From Lama guanicoe (lineage: Eukaryota): a DNA stretch of 64,000 nucleotides. Positions 25,260-36,444 of this stretch are shown piece after piece; positions within the stretch are counted from its first letter, which is position 1; every line of letters starts with the position of its first letter. The notes under the pieces were generated by a model. That model worked only from the letters and a program-made list of their open reading frames with translations, had not been told where the DNA came from and ran no database searches. Location of the stretch: NCBI GenBank assembly GCA_013239625.1, contig MU054120.1, forward strand, positions 496,001 through 560,000, written 5' to 3'. Made by a program: the position numbers and the translations under genes.

Positions 25260-26340
25260 ACCCGACAAGCTGAATGGAAATGGTGTGCTCAAGAGCACAG
25301 CTGGACTGGCGGGGGCAGCGTTTTGTCTTTACGTCTTTACATCTTTACGTCTAGAGGAAATGGCTTCGACTCCAACGCTCCATGTTTCATGAAGCAGCAC
25401 TCCTTGCCCAGTGGGATCTTTGCCTTACAGGTGTTCTTCGAAATTTCTAGGCCTGATTGACTGATAGCTCAGCTAAATTAAAACTTAATGGTGTCCATTG
25501 GGTCACTACGGATATTTGTTAATTTTTTTTTAATTGTAGTGTGGTCCGTTTCCAATGTTGTGGATATTCAGTCTTAGTGTCAGCTGTTTGTAAACGAAAG
25601 TGGATGTGGTTTCTCCACGCAGTGTGCAGATCTCAAGGCAGTCCTGGCCAATACTACCCTTGATGACTTTTTTTCACATTTTTACTAACACTTGGGTTCT
25701 TGACAACATCCCATGCATAGTGATTTATAGAACAGGAAGATATTTTTCTTGGGTATACATATAATTTATATTGAATAAATCAGAAAGTATGTGTAAACCT
25801 GCAATCTTACACTGTAATGCAGTTACTCTTTTCAGATTAATGGCTTCCTGGTATAATTCAGTTAGTTGACATTTAAGCTGTGCAAACTTTATAGAACAAA
25901 CCAGGTGGGTTATAGCAGTCATTGCCCCCTACCTTCTGGCAAATTGACTGTATGGATCTTTGATTCCTATCTCAAGAGTATCTGTGGTATGGCACCATTT
26001 TTTCTGGTTATAGTATTAGCTGTTCAGGCCAATCAGCTAACTCTGGTCACCTGACTATGACTCTTAAATCTAAATTGTGCCATGTTCCGCTTTCCAAACC
26101 ATCTACAGTCCGACAGTGGTTTGTCTTTTGTCTTAAAGGCCACCAAAAAGTAGGTTGATGATCATGGTATTTGATGCACCTTCATGGCCCACCCTTACTG
26201 TCTTTAGGCTGCTGGCATCATTGAAAGGAAGAATGGCATTTTAAACAAATTATCCTAAAATCATTTCTGACTCTATTGACCTGGTCTCTTCCTCAAAAGA
26301 CAGTTTGGCCTCTGAGTGTGGCCATCTCAGAATGAGTTGG
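25260..26340 (+). pseudogene. Fossil class III (ERV-L-like) endogenous retroviral pol segment: RNase H + integrase core
   Basis: Translated across stops and frameshifts: EWKWCAQEH (~25271), A*LTDSSAKL (25451), STQCADLKAV (25614), IFTNTWVLDN (25678), WQIDC (25937), LQSDSGLSFVLKATKK*VDDHGI*CTFMAHPYCL*AAGIIERKNGILN (26103-26246). These match retroviral WFTDGS / SAQWAEL / IFTDSW / WQID / SDNG / AAGxIERWNG in the correct order. Confidence 0.85.
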
Positions 26341-26529
26341 TCATTTTACACGTCAGTTAACTGAATGATATCAGGAAACCATTATTTTAAAAGGACTACC
26401 TGCATTATAGTATAGGACTGCAGGTACACACATACTTTTAAATTCATTTATAAAATATATGCATATCCAAGAAAAATACCTTCCTGTTCTGTAAGCCATC
26501 GTAACTATAGTTGACTTAACATTAGTTTT

Positions 26530-26728
26530 TTTTTCAATTGAAGTATAGTTGATTTACTATGCTGTGTTAGTTTCAGGTGTACAGCAGAGTGATTCAGAAA
26601 TACATATGTTGATTCAGAAATATATATACATATTTATTCTTTTCAGATTCTTTTCTGTTAGAGATTATTAGAAGATATTGAATACAGTTCCCTATGCTAT
26701 GCAGTAGGTCCTTGTTGTTTATTGGTAC
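26530..26728 (-). mobile_element. Short L1 3'-end insertion
   Basis: TTGAAGTATAGTTGATTTAC...GTAGGTCCTTGTTGTTTAT. TSD AACATTAGTTTT (26518) / AATGTTAGTTTT (26729). Confidence 0.9.
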
Positions 26729-27288
26729 AATGTTAGTTTTAATTTTCATTATAAAGGAGTTGTTAAATTATATTAAATACCATTTTCTTAGATTCAAGAA
26801 AATATTCCCGTATTAGTTTAGAAATTAGTCCTTAGATATCACAACTTAGTTTTTTATATTATATAATCATTTTATTAAATAGTGAGCTTCACTGAAAGAT
26901 TTCTAATTAAAAGAAATGAATTTTCACAGCGAACTGTCAACTCAGGAACAGCTTTTCTGAACTACCTATGTCCTACTTTTCATTTTAAACTATCTTTCTT
27001 TTTCCTAGCTGTTTCTCTGTAAATCCAGTGAGACTCAAAAATGTCGACTCACCATTTATCTCTCAAAGAGAAAATATTCTTTCCTAATATTTCAATGAAT
27101 GCCATCACTACAGTTGGAATTTCATCCTTGTGTCTACAAAGAGAGACAAGAAGATCATAAGAAAAATTGTAGGTCTTTTGTGTGCAATGGGAAGGTAACA
27201 TTTGAGAATGTTCATTGGCGCTGTCTTTGGCTGACAAAAGTAATTAATTCCAGAATGCATCTACCTAGTAGACTACAAAGATTACTCA

Positions 27289-27291
<3 letters not shown>

Positions 27292-27325
<34 letters not shown>
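27292..27325. repeat. (GT)17 microsatellite
   Basis: Direct read. Confidence 0.95.
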
Positions 27326-27328
<3 letters not shown>

Positions 27329-27599
27329 CATGACATGAATCTAAGCTTCCCGTGTAGAAAATGTGAATCAGAATAAAACAGTGGATTTCCTTTGCCTCTT
27401 TAACCCTCAACCACAACTAACATTTTCTGAATTGCAGGTCTCTCTATTTTTAGGCTGCCATAATCACTGTAGTGTTACATCCAGAGTTTTGCACACACCA
27501 CACTTAGATTTTACCTTCCAAATTAATTCAAAACTGATGAAAATATAATCAAAGTTGTATTAGCTAGACCGTAATTGTATATTTTATGAGAAGAAGTCT

Positions 27600-27842
27600 T
27601 AATGCTTCTGATACAACTCTAAGTGATGGGGAACATCTCATTTCAGAGGGATATTCCATGCATAATCTTCATGATATGCTTCTTTATCTTGATGTTATCT
27701 CAGTTCATTTTTTCCCACTGAAATCTAATATCAGAACCTTGAACTAAGGCGGGGAGACAATCCAATGTGAAAAAAAGTTGCCTAAACCTTTTTGTTCTAA
27801 TTCTGCATCTCCCAGTGCTTCCATTTGGTCACTAGTTCTAAT
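27600..27842 (-). mobile_element. Possible L3/CR1 relic
   Basis: AAGTGATGGGGAACATCTCA...AAAGTTGCCTAAA...TTCCATTTGGTCACTAGTTCTA weakly resembles the reverse-strand L3 3' region. Confidence 0.4.
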
Positions 27843-28149
27843 AATCTTGTTGCAAATTTCAGGGATTGTTTAAGTCTTGCCTTGAAAGTACTAGGAAGTT
27901 CAAATCTCATGAGTCAATTTCATCTTCTGCCATAGTAAATGGAATCCTGTACTGAATCTTTTTACATACAAGAAAGGTCAGTTTCACTGTAAATATCACA
28001 CCTGTCATTGAAACAAGACATTGCTGAGCTACTGGCAGATGTAGCTATTCGCTTAGCGGCATCCCCAGAATTTTTTTTTTTTGTTAGTCTTAAAGTCTTT
28101 TTCTCTTTAATATGAATTCTGATCCAATAATGAGAGATCTATATGAATG

Positions 28150-28370
28150 ATTCTTTCATGGTGATCAAGAGTCAGAGAGCTGCGAGGACTGAATTCAGCC
28201 TCTGTTACCTAGGAGCTGTGTGACCTTCAGCAGATTACTCAATATCTCTGAGCTTGAGTTTGCTGGTTTACAGAATGGGGATTTAAGGTAGCGGTGAGAA
28301 TTACAGGAGAGAATTACACACGTTATCTGACAAATAGTAAGCACAAAATAAATGACTGCTGTCATTATGT
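28150..28370 (+). mobile_element. MIR SINE
   Basis: AGCTGTGTGACCTTCAGCAGATTACTCAATATCTCTGAGCTTGAGTTT...AAATAGTAAGCACAAAATAAATG. Confidence 0.85.
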
Positions 28371-28399
28371 GGCATTTCCACTTTAGTTTCCTTTATTCA

Positions 28400-28780
28400 C
28401 TCCGACCAACACGCTCTTCTTCCATTGTTACCTGAAGAAATCTTGCCTCTTTTGTAAGTTGTATCTCAAATTCAACTCTTCTTTTGAAACTTCTCAAAAT
28501 ATCCTGAGGTGGAAGTGATATCTCTACTCCCTGAAGCTCTTTAGTACTTCTTGTAGGTAAAAGTGAAGCGAAAAGGAAACATTGCCTTGTTTAAAGTTCT
28601 ATGTCACATATTCTTAATTATTCTTAATTATGTACTTTGGTTGGTAAAACTATTAAACTGACACATTAGCCTTAAGAGCACTGAGCACAGTGCATAGCAC
28701 CTCGAACAGAGGTTCACGTGAGATTTACTTAATAAATGTGTGTTCAGACAAGGGATATGTGAATGAGTTAAATGAAAACT
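28400..28780 (+). mobile_element. L2 3' end relic
   Basis: AGCACAGTGCATAGCAC...TTAATAAATGTGTGTT...TGAATGAGTTAAATGAA tail. Confidence 0.5.
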
Positions 28781-28819
28781 AGACCTTTGTTTCTAATTGT
28801 GTTAATGTGATTTATTCTT

Positions 28820-28958
28820 TTGAAGGGGTCATTAGGTTATTTGTTTTAGTCAGTTAGTTAGTTAGTTTATTTTGGTGACCGTACTGAGGTTGCACCCAGG
28901 ACCTTGTGCGTGTTAAGCACACAGTCTACCACTGAGCTAGTTATACCCTGCCCCTGCC
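28820..28958 (-). mobile_element. tRNA-derived SINE, vic-1 (camelid) type
   Basis: Minus strand GGGGCAGGGTATAACTAGCTCAGTGGTAGACTGTGTGCTTAACACGCACAAGGTCCTGGGTGCAACCTCAGTAC with A-box/B-box remnants, then an A-rich linker and ACCTAATGACCCC. Perfect 11-bp TSD GATTTATTCTT at 28809-28819 and 28959-28969. Confidence 0.85.
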
Positions 28959-29668
28959 GATTTATTCTTCAGTTGTGAAATATATCTTTGTATGTTTCTT
29001 GTACGCAGAATTTTAATATTTAGCATATGTGGTTCATTTACATGACAATAAGGGCTAAAGCTGAAAATGTTTATGAATAAAAAGGAAGTAAAAGGAAGAT
29101 CTTGTTACATAAAAATTAACATTTAATCTTCAAAAATACTAGAACTTATAAAAGTTCATAAAGAAAATGGAGAACACCCTTATTTCTTAGACATGAGGTA
29201 TCTTTAAGCTTTCTTTATTAAAGTGGCAAAAAATTGGATCCAGTTGTTGGCAGTTCTCCCAAAGTATCTATCAGAGGATTTTAGAAAGCTTTTTTTTTTA
29301 ACCAGAAAAGGAAAAATTTATATAAACCTATTTTAACACATACAAATTGTATCAATGATTTTTTAGGCAAATTTGCAACTTGAACAATTGCCTAGTGAAT
29401 TTTATCCTGATATTTGGACTGTATAGACATCTGCTCTGAACTCACTACTTGCTTCACTCAAAAATGATCTAAGCAATTGCTTCATTTCCCTGAAGAAAAA
29501 CCAAATCTTATGCAGTAATTAAATTTATTATTCAATTGAATTTACCTAAGTTTGATTGCTTATTTATTAAAGGGGCTGATATGTGCAAAAAAGGCACAAT
29601 TTGCTATGATAGGTCCTAGAATCAGAGTATGATTTCGTTGTCTCACACAGCACCACCATTAATAGATG

Positions 29669-32194
29669 TGTTTAAAAAACAAAATTCAACTTGAGTAAAT
29701 GTGAAGGTCTGATCGGCTTTGTTAGGTGATTCATGAATCAGGCAGCATCCCTTCTAGCAACTTGACGGGTGCTCTGAGGGGTTGTACAATATGGAGGATT
29801 TTTATAGAAAAAAGGGTGAGGTCAGGGAGCTACTGGCAAAAGAAAAATAATTTTTTTAGGCCAGAACATCTTTTTATCATACAGATTGCCTCTTCTTTCT
29901 CTGAGGCATGGAGAGGGTTCACATGACAGATTACCTACTGGGGGTTGACCAGAAAATTCCAAACTGGTTTATTAAGTTCACATTTCTGGTAGAAATGAAA
30001 GGAACCTAAATTGGAAAGGAAGAAGTAAAACTGTCACTCTTTGCAGATGACATGATACTAAATATAGAAAATCCTAAAGACACCACCAGAAAACTACTAG
30101 AGTTCATCAATGAATTCAATAAAGTTGCAGGATACAAAATTAATACACGGAAATCTGTTGCATTTCTTATACACTAATAAGGAAGTATTAGGAAGAGAAA
30201 TTAAGGAAACAATTCCACTTACCATCACATCAAAAAGAATAAAATACCTAGGAATAAACCTACATATGGAGGTAAAAGACTCAGGAAACTATAAGACATT
30301 GATGAAAGAAATTGAAGATTACACAGAAAGATGGAAAGGTATACTGTGTTCATGGAGTGGAAGAATTAATATTGTTAAAATGACCATGCTACCCAAGGTA
30401 ATCTACAGATGCAGTGCAATCCCTATCAAAATACCAAGGGCATTTTTCACAGAACTAGAACAAATAATTTTAAAATTTGTATGGAAACACAAAAGACCAC
30501 AAATAGCCAAAACAATCTTGAGAAAGAAGAATGGAGATGGAGGAATCATGACTTGAGTCTATACTACAAACCTACAGTAATCAAAACAGTATAGTACCAG
30601 CACAAAAATAGACACATAGATCAATGGAACAAGATAGGGAGCCCAGAAATACACACACTTCAGCGTCAGTCAGTCTATGACAAAGCAGGCAAAAATATAC
30701 AACAGGGTAAAGACAGTCTCTTCAATAGGTGGTGTTGGGAAAACTGGACAGCTACCTGTAAATGAATGAAATTAGAACATTTTCTCACACCATACAGAAA
30801 AATAAACTCAAAATGAATTAAAGACCTAAATGTAAAACCAGAAGCCATAAAACTCCTAGAGGAAAACATAGGCAGAATACTCTGACATAAATTTTAGCAA
30901 TAATTTTTTTGGATCTGTCTCTTGAAGCAAAGGAACTAAAAGCAAAAATAAACAAGTGGGACCTCATTAGACTTAAAAGGTTTTGCACAGCAAAGGAAAC
31001 CATTGACAAAATTAGAAGACAGCCTACTGAATGGGGGAATATATTTGCTAGTGATATGACTGATAAGGGGTTAATATCCAAAATATATGAACAGCTCATA
31101 CTACTCAGAAAAAAAAAAAGGCAACCCAATTAAAAAAATGGACAGAAGACCTGCATAGACATTTTTCCAAAGAAGACATACAGATGGCTAACAGGCACAT
31201 GAAAAGATGCTCAGCATCACTAACCATCAGGGAACTGCAAATTATAACAGCAATGAGATATCACCTCATACCTATCTGAATGGCTGTAATAATAAAAAAA
31301 GAAAGACCACAAATAACAAATGTTGGTGAGGATGTGGAGAAAAGGGAACCCTTGTACACTGTGGGATTGTAAACTGGTGAAGCCACTGTGGAAAACAGTA
31401 TGGAGGTTTCTCAAAAAATTAAAAATAGAACTACCAAATGATTTTGTAATTCCACTCCTGGGTATACATCAAAAAAGAAAAAAAAGAAAAAAAAAAACCA
31501 AAACACTAATTTGAAAAGATAGGCTCACTGCAATGTTCATAGCAGCATTATTTACAGTTGCCAATTTAGGCAAGTAAACTAAGCATCCATCAACAGATGA
31601 ATGGTTAAAGATGTGGTACACATAATGCAATAGAATATTACTCAGCCATAAAAAGAATGATATTTTGCCATTTGCAGCAACATGGATGGATATGGAGGGT
31701 ATTATGCTATGTGAAATAAGTCAGACAGAAAGACAAATACTAAATGATACTATTTATATGTGAAATCTAAAAAATAAACTAGTGACTATAACAAAAAGGA
31801 AACAGTTCACAGATACAGAGAACAAACCAGTGGTTGCCAGTGGGGAGAGAGAAGGGGGAGGGGCAAAATAGAGGTAGGTGATTAAGAGGTGCAAACTGCT
31901 ATGTACAAAGTAAATAAGCTACAAAGATATGTTGTACAGCACAAGGAATATAGCCAATATTTTACAATAACTGTAAATAGGGTATAATCTTTAAAAATAT
32001 GACTCACTCTGTTGTACACCTGTAACTTACATAATATACATCGACTATATCTTAATTTAAAAAGTAAAAAAAAAATTACGTTTCAGGGGAAGGTGGAAAC
32101 TGCAGTTAGGTAGGTATTAAGTCCAAGTTTGGTATCATGGGCCTTAGCACAGCGATACCATTTTGGGCCTGTGTTGTGTTGTTCTTTTTTAACA
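29669..32194 (-). mobile_element. ERV1-type solo LTR split by an L1 insertion (LTR parts about 29669-29989 and 32073-32194)
   Basis: TG...CA termini. Minus-strand start TGTTAAAAAAGAACAAC...AGGCCCAAAATGG...TGCTAAG. Perfect 4-bp TSD GATG at 29665-29668 and 32195-32198. Confidence 0.85.
29990..32072 (+). mobile_element. 5'-truncated L1 (RT C-terminal part + 3' UTR + poly-A)
   Basis: [10 protein letters not shown] at about 30031-30060. Track ORFs 30110-30556, 30909-31133 and 31320-31514 are ORF2-like. Degenerate TSD AAGTTCACATTTCTGG / AAATTACGTTTCAGG. Confidence 0.95.
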
Positions 32195-32529
32195 GATGTA
32201 ATATTTTTAAATTAACAAGAATGAAAGTGTATTTCCTTTTTCGTTCAATAAAATTTCCTATTCAAGAGCATCATTCAAAGCACATAGGAACCATATAAAA
32301 GACTTTTATTAGCCAATGGCTTGTTTTATTCTTTCAGCCTCAGAAGAACCAAAAAAAAAAAAAAATTTTTAACTTTAGTTTCAAGTATTACCATCAAACA
32401 TTGCCATTTTGTTTCCTGAAATGTACAAGACTGCCATCAAAAATGTATTAAAACGCCTTCTTCTTTCTCAGGGACACTTCTTTTAGTTTCATGTCCCTGT
32501 TTCCCACGAGAATTTTTTCATCATTAGTT

Positions 32530-32554
32530 GGGGGTTGGGGAGGGGTGGTCAGGG
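32530..32554 (+). other. Canonical G-quadruplex motif
   Basis: GGGGG-TT-GGGG-A-GGGG-TGGTCA-GGG. Confidence 0.6.
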
Positions 32555-33173
32555 AAGGCGAGGTCTTGAAGGCTTCCTCATAGACTAATGAAATACGAAG
32601 GATGAATAAATGTTTCCTGGACAGAGGAAGAGGTGAAGGAGGACTAACGGGAATGATTGAGAGAGAGCTTGATTTTTGTGATGAGAACCCGACAGGCGAT
32701 GTAATCGCATTAGCAAGAAAGAAAACTAATCTCATGGGTATCATTTATCCTTGTGCATGTTTAAAGGTTATCTTTTCACAGAAATTTTCCCAAGCGCATC
32801 TTCCAAAAATTGGGTTGAATTATTTCCATTTCCAAGGAAACTTCCCGGTGAATTCCATCTGAACAATTATTGAACCAGTGTTTTTTCAGACCCAAGATGG
32901 CATTTGGAATTAAGCAATGCCGCCCTCTAGAGGACTTTGAGGTACCGCAGCCTGGAATGAACTGGGACACACCAACAAGATGCTCTACCGCATCTTTTTA
33001 TGAGCTTAGGACGTTTAAGTAGTTTGGGAGAGAAACTGGCTATGGTCAGAGCATTGGTTGCCATCATGTATATATCTATGGATGGACATATGTATCCAAA
33101 GGAGTACAGGTTTTGGTGAAAAGCATTTGACCCCTAAGATGCGCGTGGCCGCATTAACACCCTGCCTCTAACA

Positions 33174-33202
33174 CCCCCATTACCACCCCCGCCCCCCGCC
33201 CC
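33174..33202 (-). promoter_or_regulatory. G-quadruplex motif with tandem Sp/KLF GC boxes
   Basis: Plus strand CCCCC-ATTACCA-CCCCC-G-CCCCCC-G-CCCC contains two CCCCGCCCC boxes. Function not shown. Confidence 0.5.
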
Positions 33203-33294
33203 GGGATCTTGGAGGTCACACCGAAAGGACAGCTCTTTGAAAGTCAGTCCTTTTCTCAGATTCCTTTGCTTTTCATAAGTCACTGGTAAAGACT

Positions 33295-33660
33295 GCCCTC
33301 ATCAAATGAGCTGGGAAGTACTCTGCTATTTTCTGGAAGAGTTTGTAAAGGTTTGGAATTTCTTCTTTAAATAGCTAATGGAATTCACTGTGGAGCTCTC
33401 CAGGCCTAGATTTTTCTTTGTAGTGAGATTTTCGATTACTGATTAAATCTCTTTATCTGTTACAGTTTATTGAGATCTTTTCTCTTCATGAGTCAATACT
33501 GATAACTGTCTTCCTAAGAATTTACTTATTTCACCAAAGTTGTCTTTTGGCACAACATCATTTATAGTATTTCCTTATAAATGTCTCACTTCTGTAGGGT
33601 CAGGAGTTCTGTTTCCCCTTTCATTTCTGATTTGGTAATTTTTATCTTTTCTCTTTTTTA
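33295..33660 (-). mobile_element. Old L1 ORF2 fragment
   Basis: AAATGAGCTGGGAAGT...TTTTCTGGAAGAGTTTGT...GGAATTCACTGTG...ATTACTGATTAAATCTCTTTA; homologous to about 4960-5340 of the full-length L1. Confidence 0.75.
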
Positions 33661-33723
33661 TCATTGCTTTTGGGGGAGAGGGTTTGATGAACTCCTTTTT
33701 CTACAGCTGCAGAAGTTCCATAA

Positions 33724-34156
33724 TGTATCTGGTTCTTATCTTCAGACAACATAATCCATTTTAGCTGGCTGGTTAAAAAAAAGAAACTCAGATACACTCT
33801 CCAGGAAGGTCAAAGAACTAGCCTTGGATATTATACAGCCAGAACCAAAAGAACCGTGGAAAACATCTATGCCACAGGACTTGTAGATACCCGTGGCAAG
33901 AGAATGGATGCCAAAAATTCTGCAATAGCTACCACAAGCAAAGAGATGCCTTTAGCAAGATGTTCTTGCTAAAGATACAGCCTGCCTGTGTGTGAGTATC
34001 ACCTCGTATCTAGTTGGTAGAACTTAGGTCACCTATGGCAACCTATTTGGAAAGGGAGTCTAGAAACCATATTTTCACTAGCTTTAGTACACAGAAAGTC
34101 AAATCAGAGAAAGTTGGAACAGGTGCTGAGTGAACCAACTTACATTTTCCGCCACA
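33724..34156 (-). mobile_element. Possible old MLT1-type MaLR LTR
   Basis: Starts TGTATCTGGTTCTTATCTTCAGACAACATAATCCA and ends CCAACTTACATTTTCCGCCACA, like reverse-strand late MLT1 subfamilies. Confidence 0.45.
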
Positions 34157-34591
34157 GTGACTTCTCATATGCTGTAGCTGCTTCCCACTCGTCTGACCTC
34201 ATCTCTTAGCCCTCTCCTCAAATGGCCGCTATGCTCCAGTCACACCTTTTTTTTTTTTTTCTGCCTCAGGATAACCTTATAAAACTCAGAACATTTGTAT
34301 TTTCTGTTCTGATTCAAATGCTCTTACCTTAGGTCTTGGCATGGATGACTTCTATGCCATGTCCTCAAAGAAATCTTCCCTAATCATTCTGGGTGAAATG
34401 GCCACCTCTACCCACTGATCAGGGGATTCATTCATCTTTAATTCCTATGATCCTATTTTGTTCTTAACACGAGCTCTTCTTGGTTTAACTTACTGTCTAA
34501 ATATTGCAACGTATTTAGCCCCATGAAGGCAGAGATCCTGTGTATTTCTATAACCAAGTGCCTGGGATGGAATGTGGTATGTTTTAGGTTA

Positions 34592-34988
34592 CTACTGTCT
34601 AATAGGATTTTCTGCAGTGTGGAAATGTTCTATATTTACAGTCCAGTAGGATGGCCACTAGATATTGGTGCCTACTGAGCCCTTCACATGTGGTTAGTGG
34701 GACTGAGGAGCTGAATTTAAATTGTATTCCACTTTTTTAACTGAAGTATAGTTGATTTACAATGTTGTGTTAGTTTCTGGTGTGCAGCATATCAATTCAG
34801 TTATACATACTTTTTTTCATATTATTTTCCTTTATAGGTTATTACAAGATATTGAATATAGTTACCTGTGCTATACATTAGGACCTCATTCTTTATCTGT
34901 TTTATATAAAGTGGTTGTAATTATATTCCATTTTGATAAATTTAAATAGTCACATGCACTTAGCAGCTACAGTATTGGACAGTTTAGT
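34592..34988. mobile_element. MER3-like hAT fossil interrupted by an L1 3' end
   Basis: CTGTCTAATAGGATTTTCTGCAGTGTGGAAATGTTCTATAT...GCCACTAG...GACTGAGGAGCTGAATTT resumes as AAATAGTCACATG...TATTGGACAG. Confidence 0.8.
34732..34918 (-). mobile_element. Short L1 3'-end insertion inside MER3
   Basis: CTGAAGTATAGTTGATTTACAATGTTGTGTTAGTTTCTGGTG. TSD AATTGTATTCCA (34720) / AATTATATTCCA (34919). Confidence 0.9.
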
Positions 34989-36444
34989 CTCAGCTTTCAA
35001 AACAATTTGCTTAATGGATTAGCTAATAATTAGCAAAAATATTGTACATATATTTCCTATACATCTTCACCTCTGTTAGCATTATTCTTTCATAGGTGTA
35101 TTTGTTTACCTATATGTATTTTGTAAATCGTTAACTTGCCTTTAGGAGAGATAGGATTTCCTAAGAAGTTGACCCCCCAAATCAGTTTTACCCTTTCCCT
35201 TTTGCTCATCCTCCATATTCAAGGAACTTATTCAATGAAGCGAATTTCTGAAGATTAGTGGTGCTACCTCCATAACTGTTATGCTGGAGAATAAAAACAG
35301 GGCAGCAATTTTAATTATCCTGTTTGCATCAAGCAGTATAATATAGAGGAACACTAAGGATTGACTGTGACAAGAGACCAGTGTTTCAGAACGAAAAAAG
35401 GAAAAAAAAATTACATGATGTATAAGAAGTCTGCATTCTTTATTTTTGGAGATTTCATTAAAACTTTAGTTCTATAGTCCTGATCTCTGGTATCAGTTTG
35501 CTTTTAAGAGAAGGCTTTTCGCCAGTAGTCTCACCGTCAGGTTAGTATTTATATAAGCTTCACAGATTTGTTCCCAGAGTAAGCTGGTTTCTATGCATGA
35601 ACCCTAAATGGTAAGGCTATGACCTGAGGCTGTATTTAGAAGAGACAGAGATTAATTCTATACCAGAGGAGAAGAGACTGGAAAATCCTGTCTCGAGAGA
35701 CGTAGAGGTTACATGTAATACACGCATTCTAACTTGCTTTCTCTGTACTGAAATCCAGAAGAAGATGGCACGTCAGGATGAGGAACAATTGTCCTTATCC
35801 CTCGATGGAGCTCCCGGAAGAGCTCACTTGTGAAGTGTCTGTACCAAAAGCTGCAGTTCGGCGAAGTCGAGCAAAAAGAGGGGCTTTAGATCCTGTGACA
35901 TAAAGAATTATATTGAAAAAAAGCCTTTAGGTAGATGTGTGTCTCAAGAAATCTGAATGCTTGCCTCACTGCTTTTTAAGAAACCAATTAATTTACTGAA
36001 TGTGTCAAAAAGAAGTTATATTAGTAAGATTTACTAAAATATATTGTCAAAAGTACACAACTTTCATTCCTAGTCAGATGTAGATGGATGGGAAAGATTT
36101 TCATTGGCTGGTAACCAGAGGAAATACAAGTCAGAATAAAAATCATACTGTTCTATGGGGATAGTGAAAAGTGGTGAATGCAAAGAAACCCTGATAAACC
36201 AAATTCTCAAAGAGAAGCAAGTTCTCATAGAAGGGCAGATTGCCTGTGAGCAGCGGCTACACATGTGGATGGATACCTTATCTGTGCAGAGTTGGAACTG
36301 ACACATATAGACACATTTTAGGAACAAGCAAAACTCACCCACACCTTAGATTACAGGACGGGCTAATGGAATAAACTGAAATCTAGAAAAGCTCTAAATG
36401 CATAAACAAGTTGCTCAAAAATTGCTAGCAGCCGTCATTAACTA

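Noticed and set aside
28870..28958. tRNA gene
   Set aside because: Degenerate cloverleaf and B box, SINE tail and TSD show it is a SINE.
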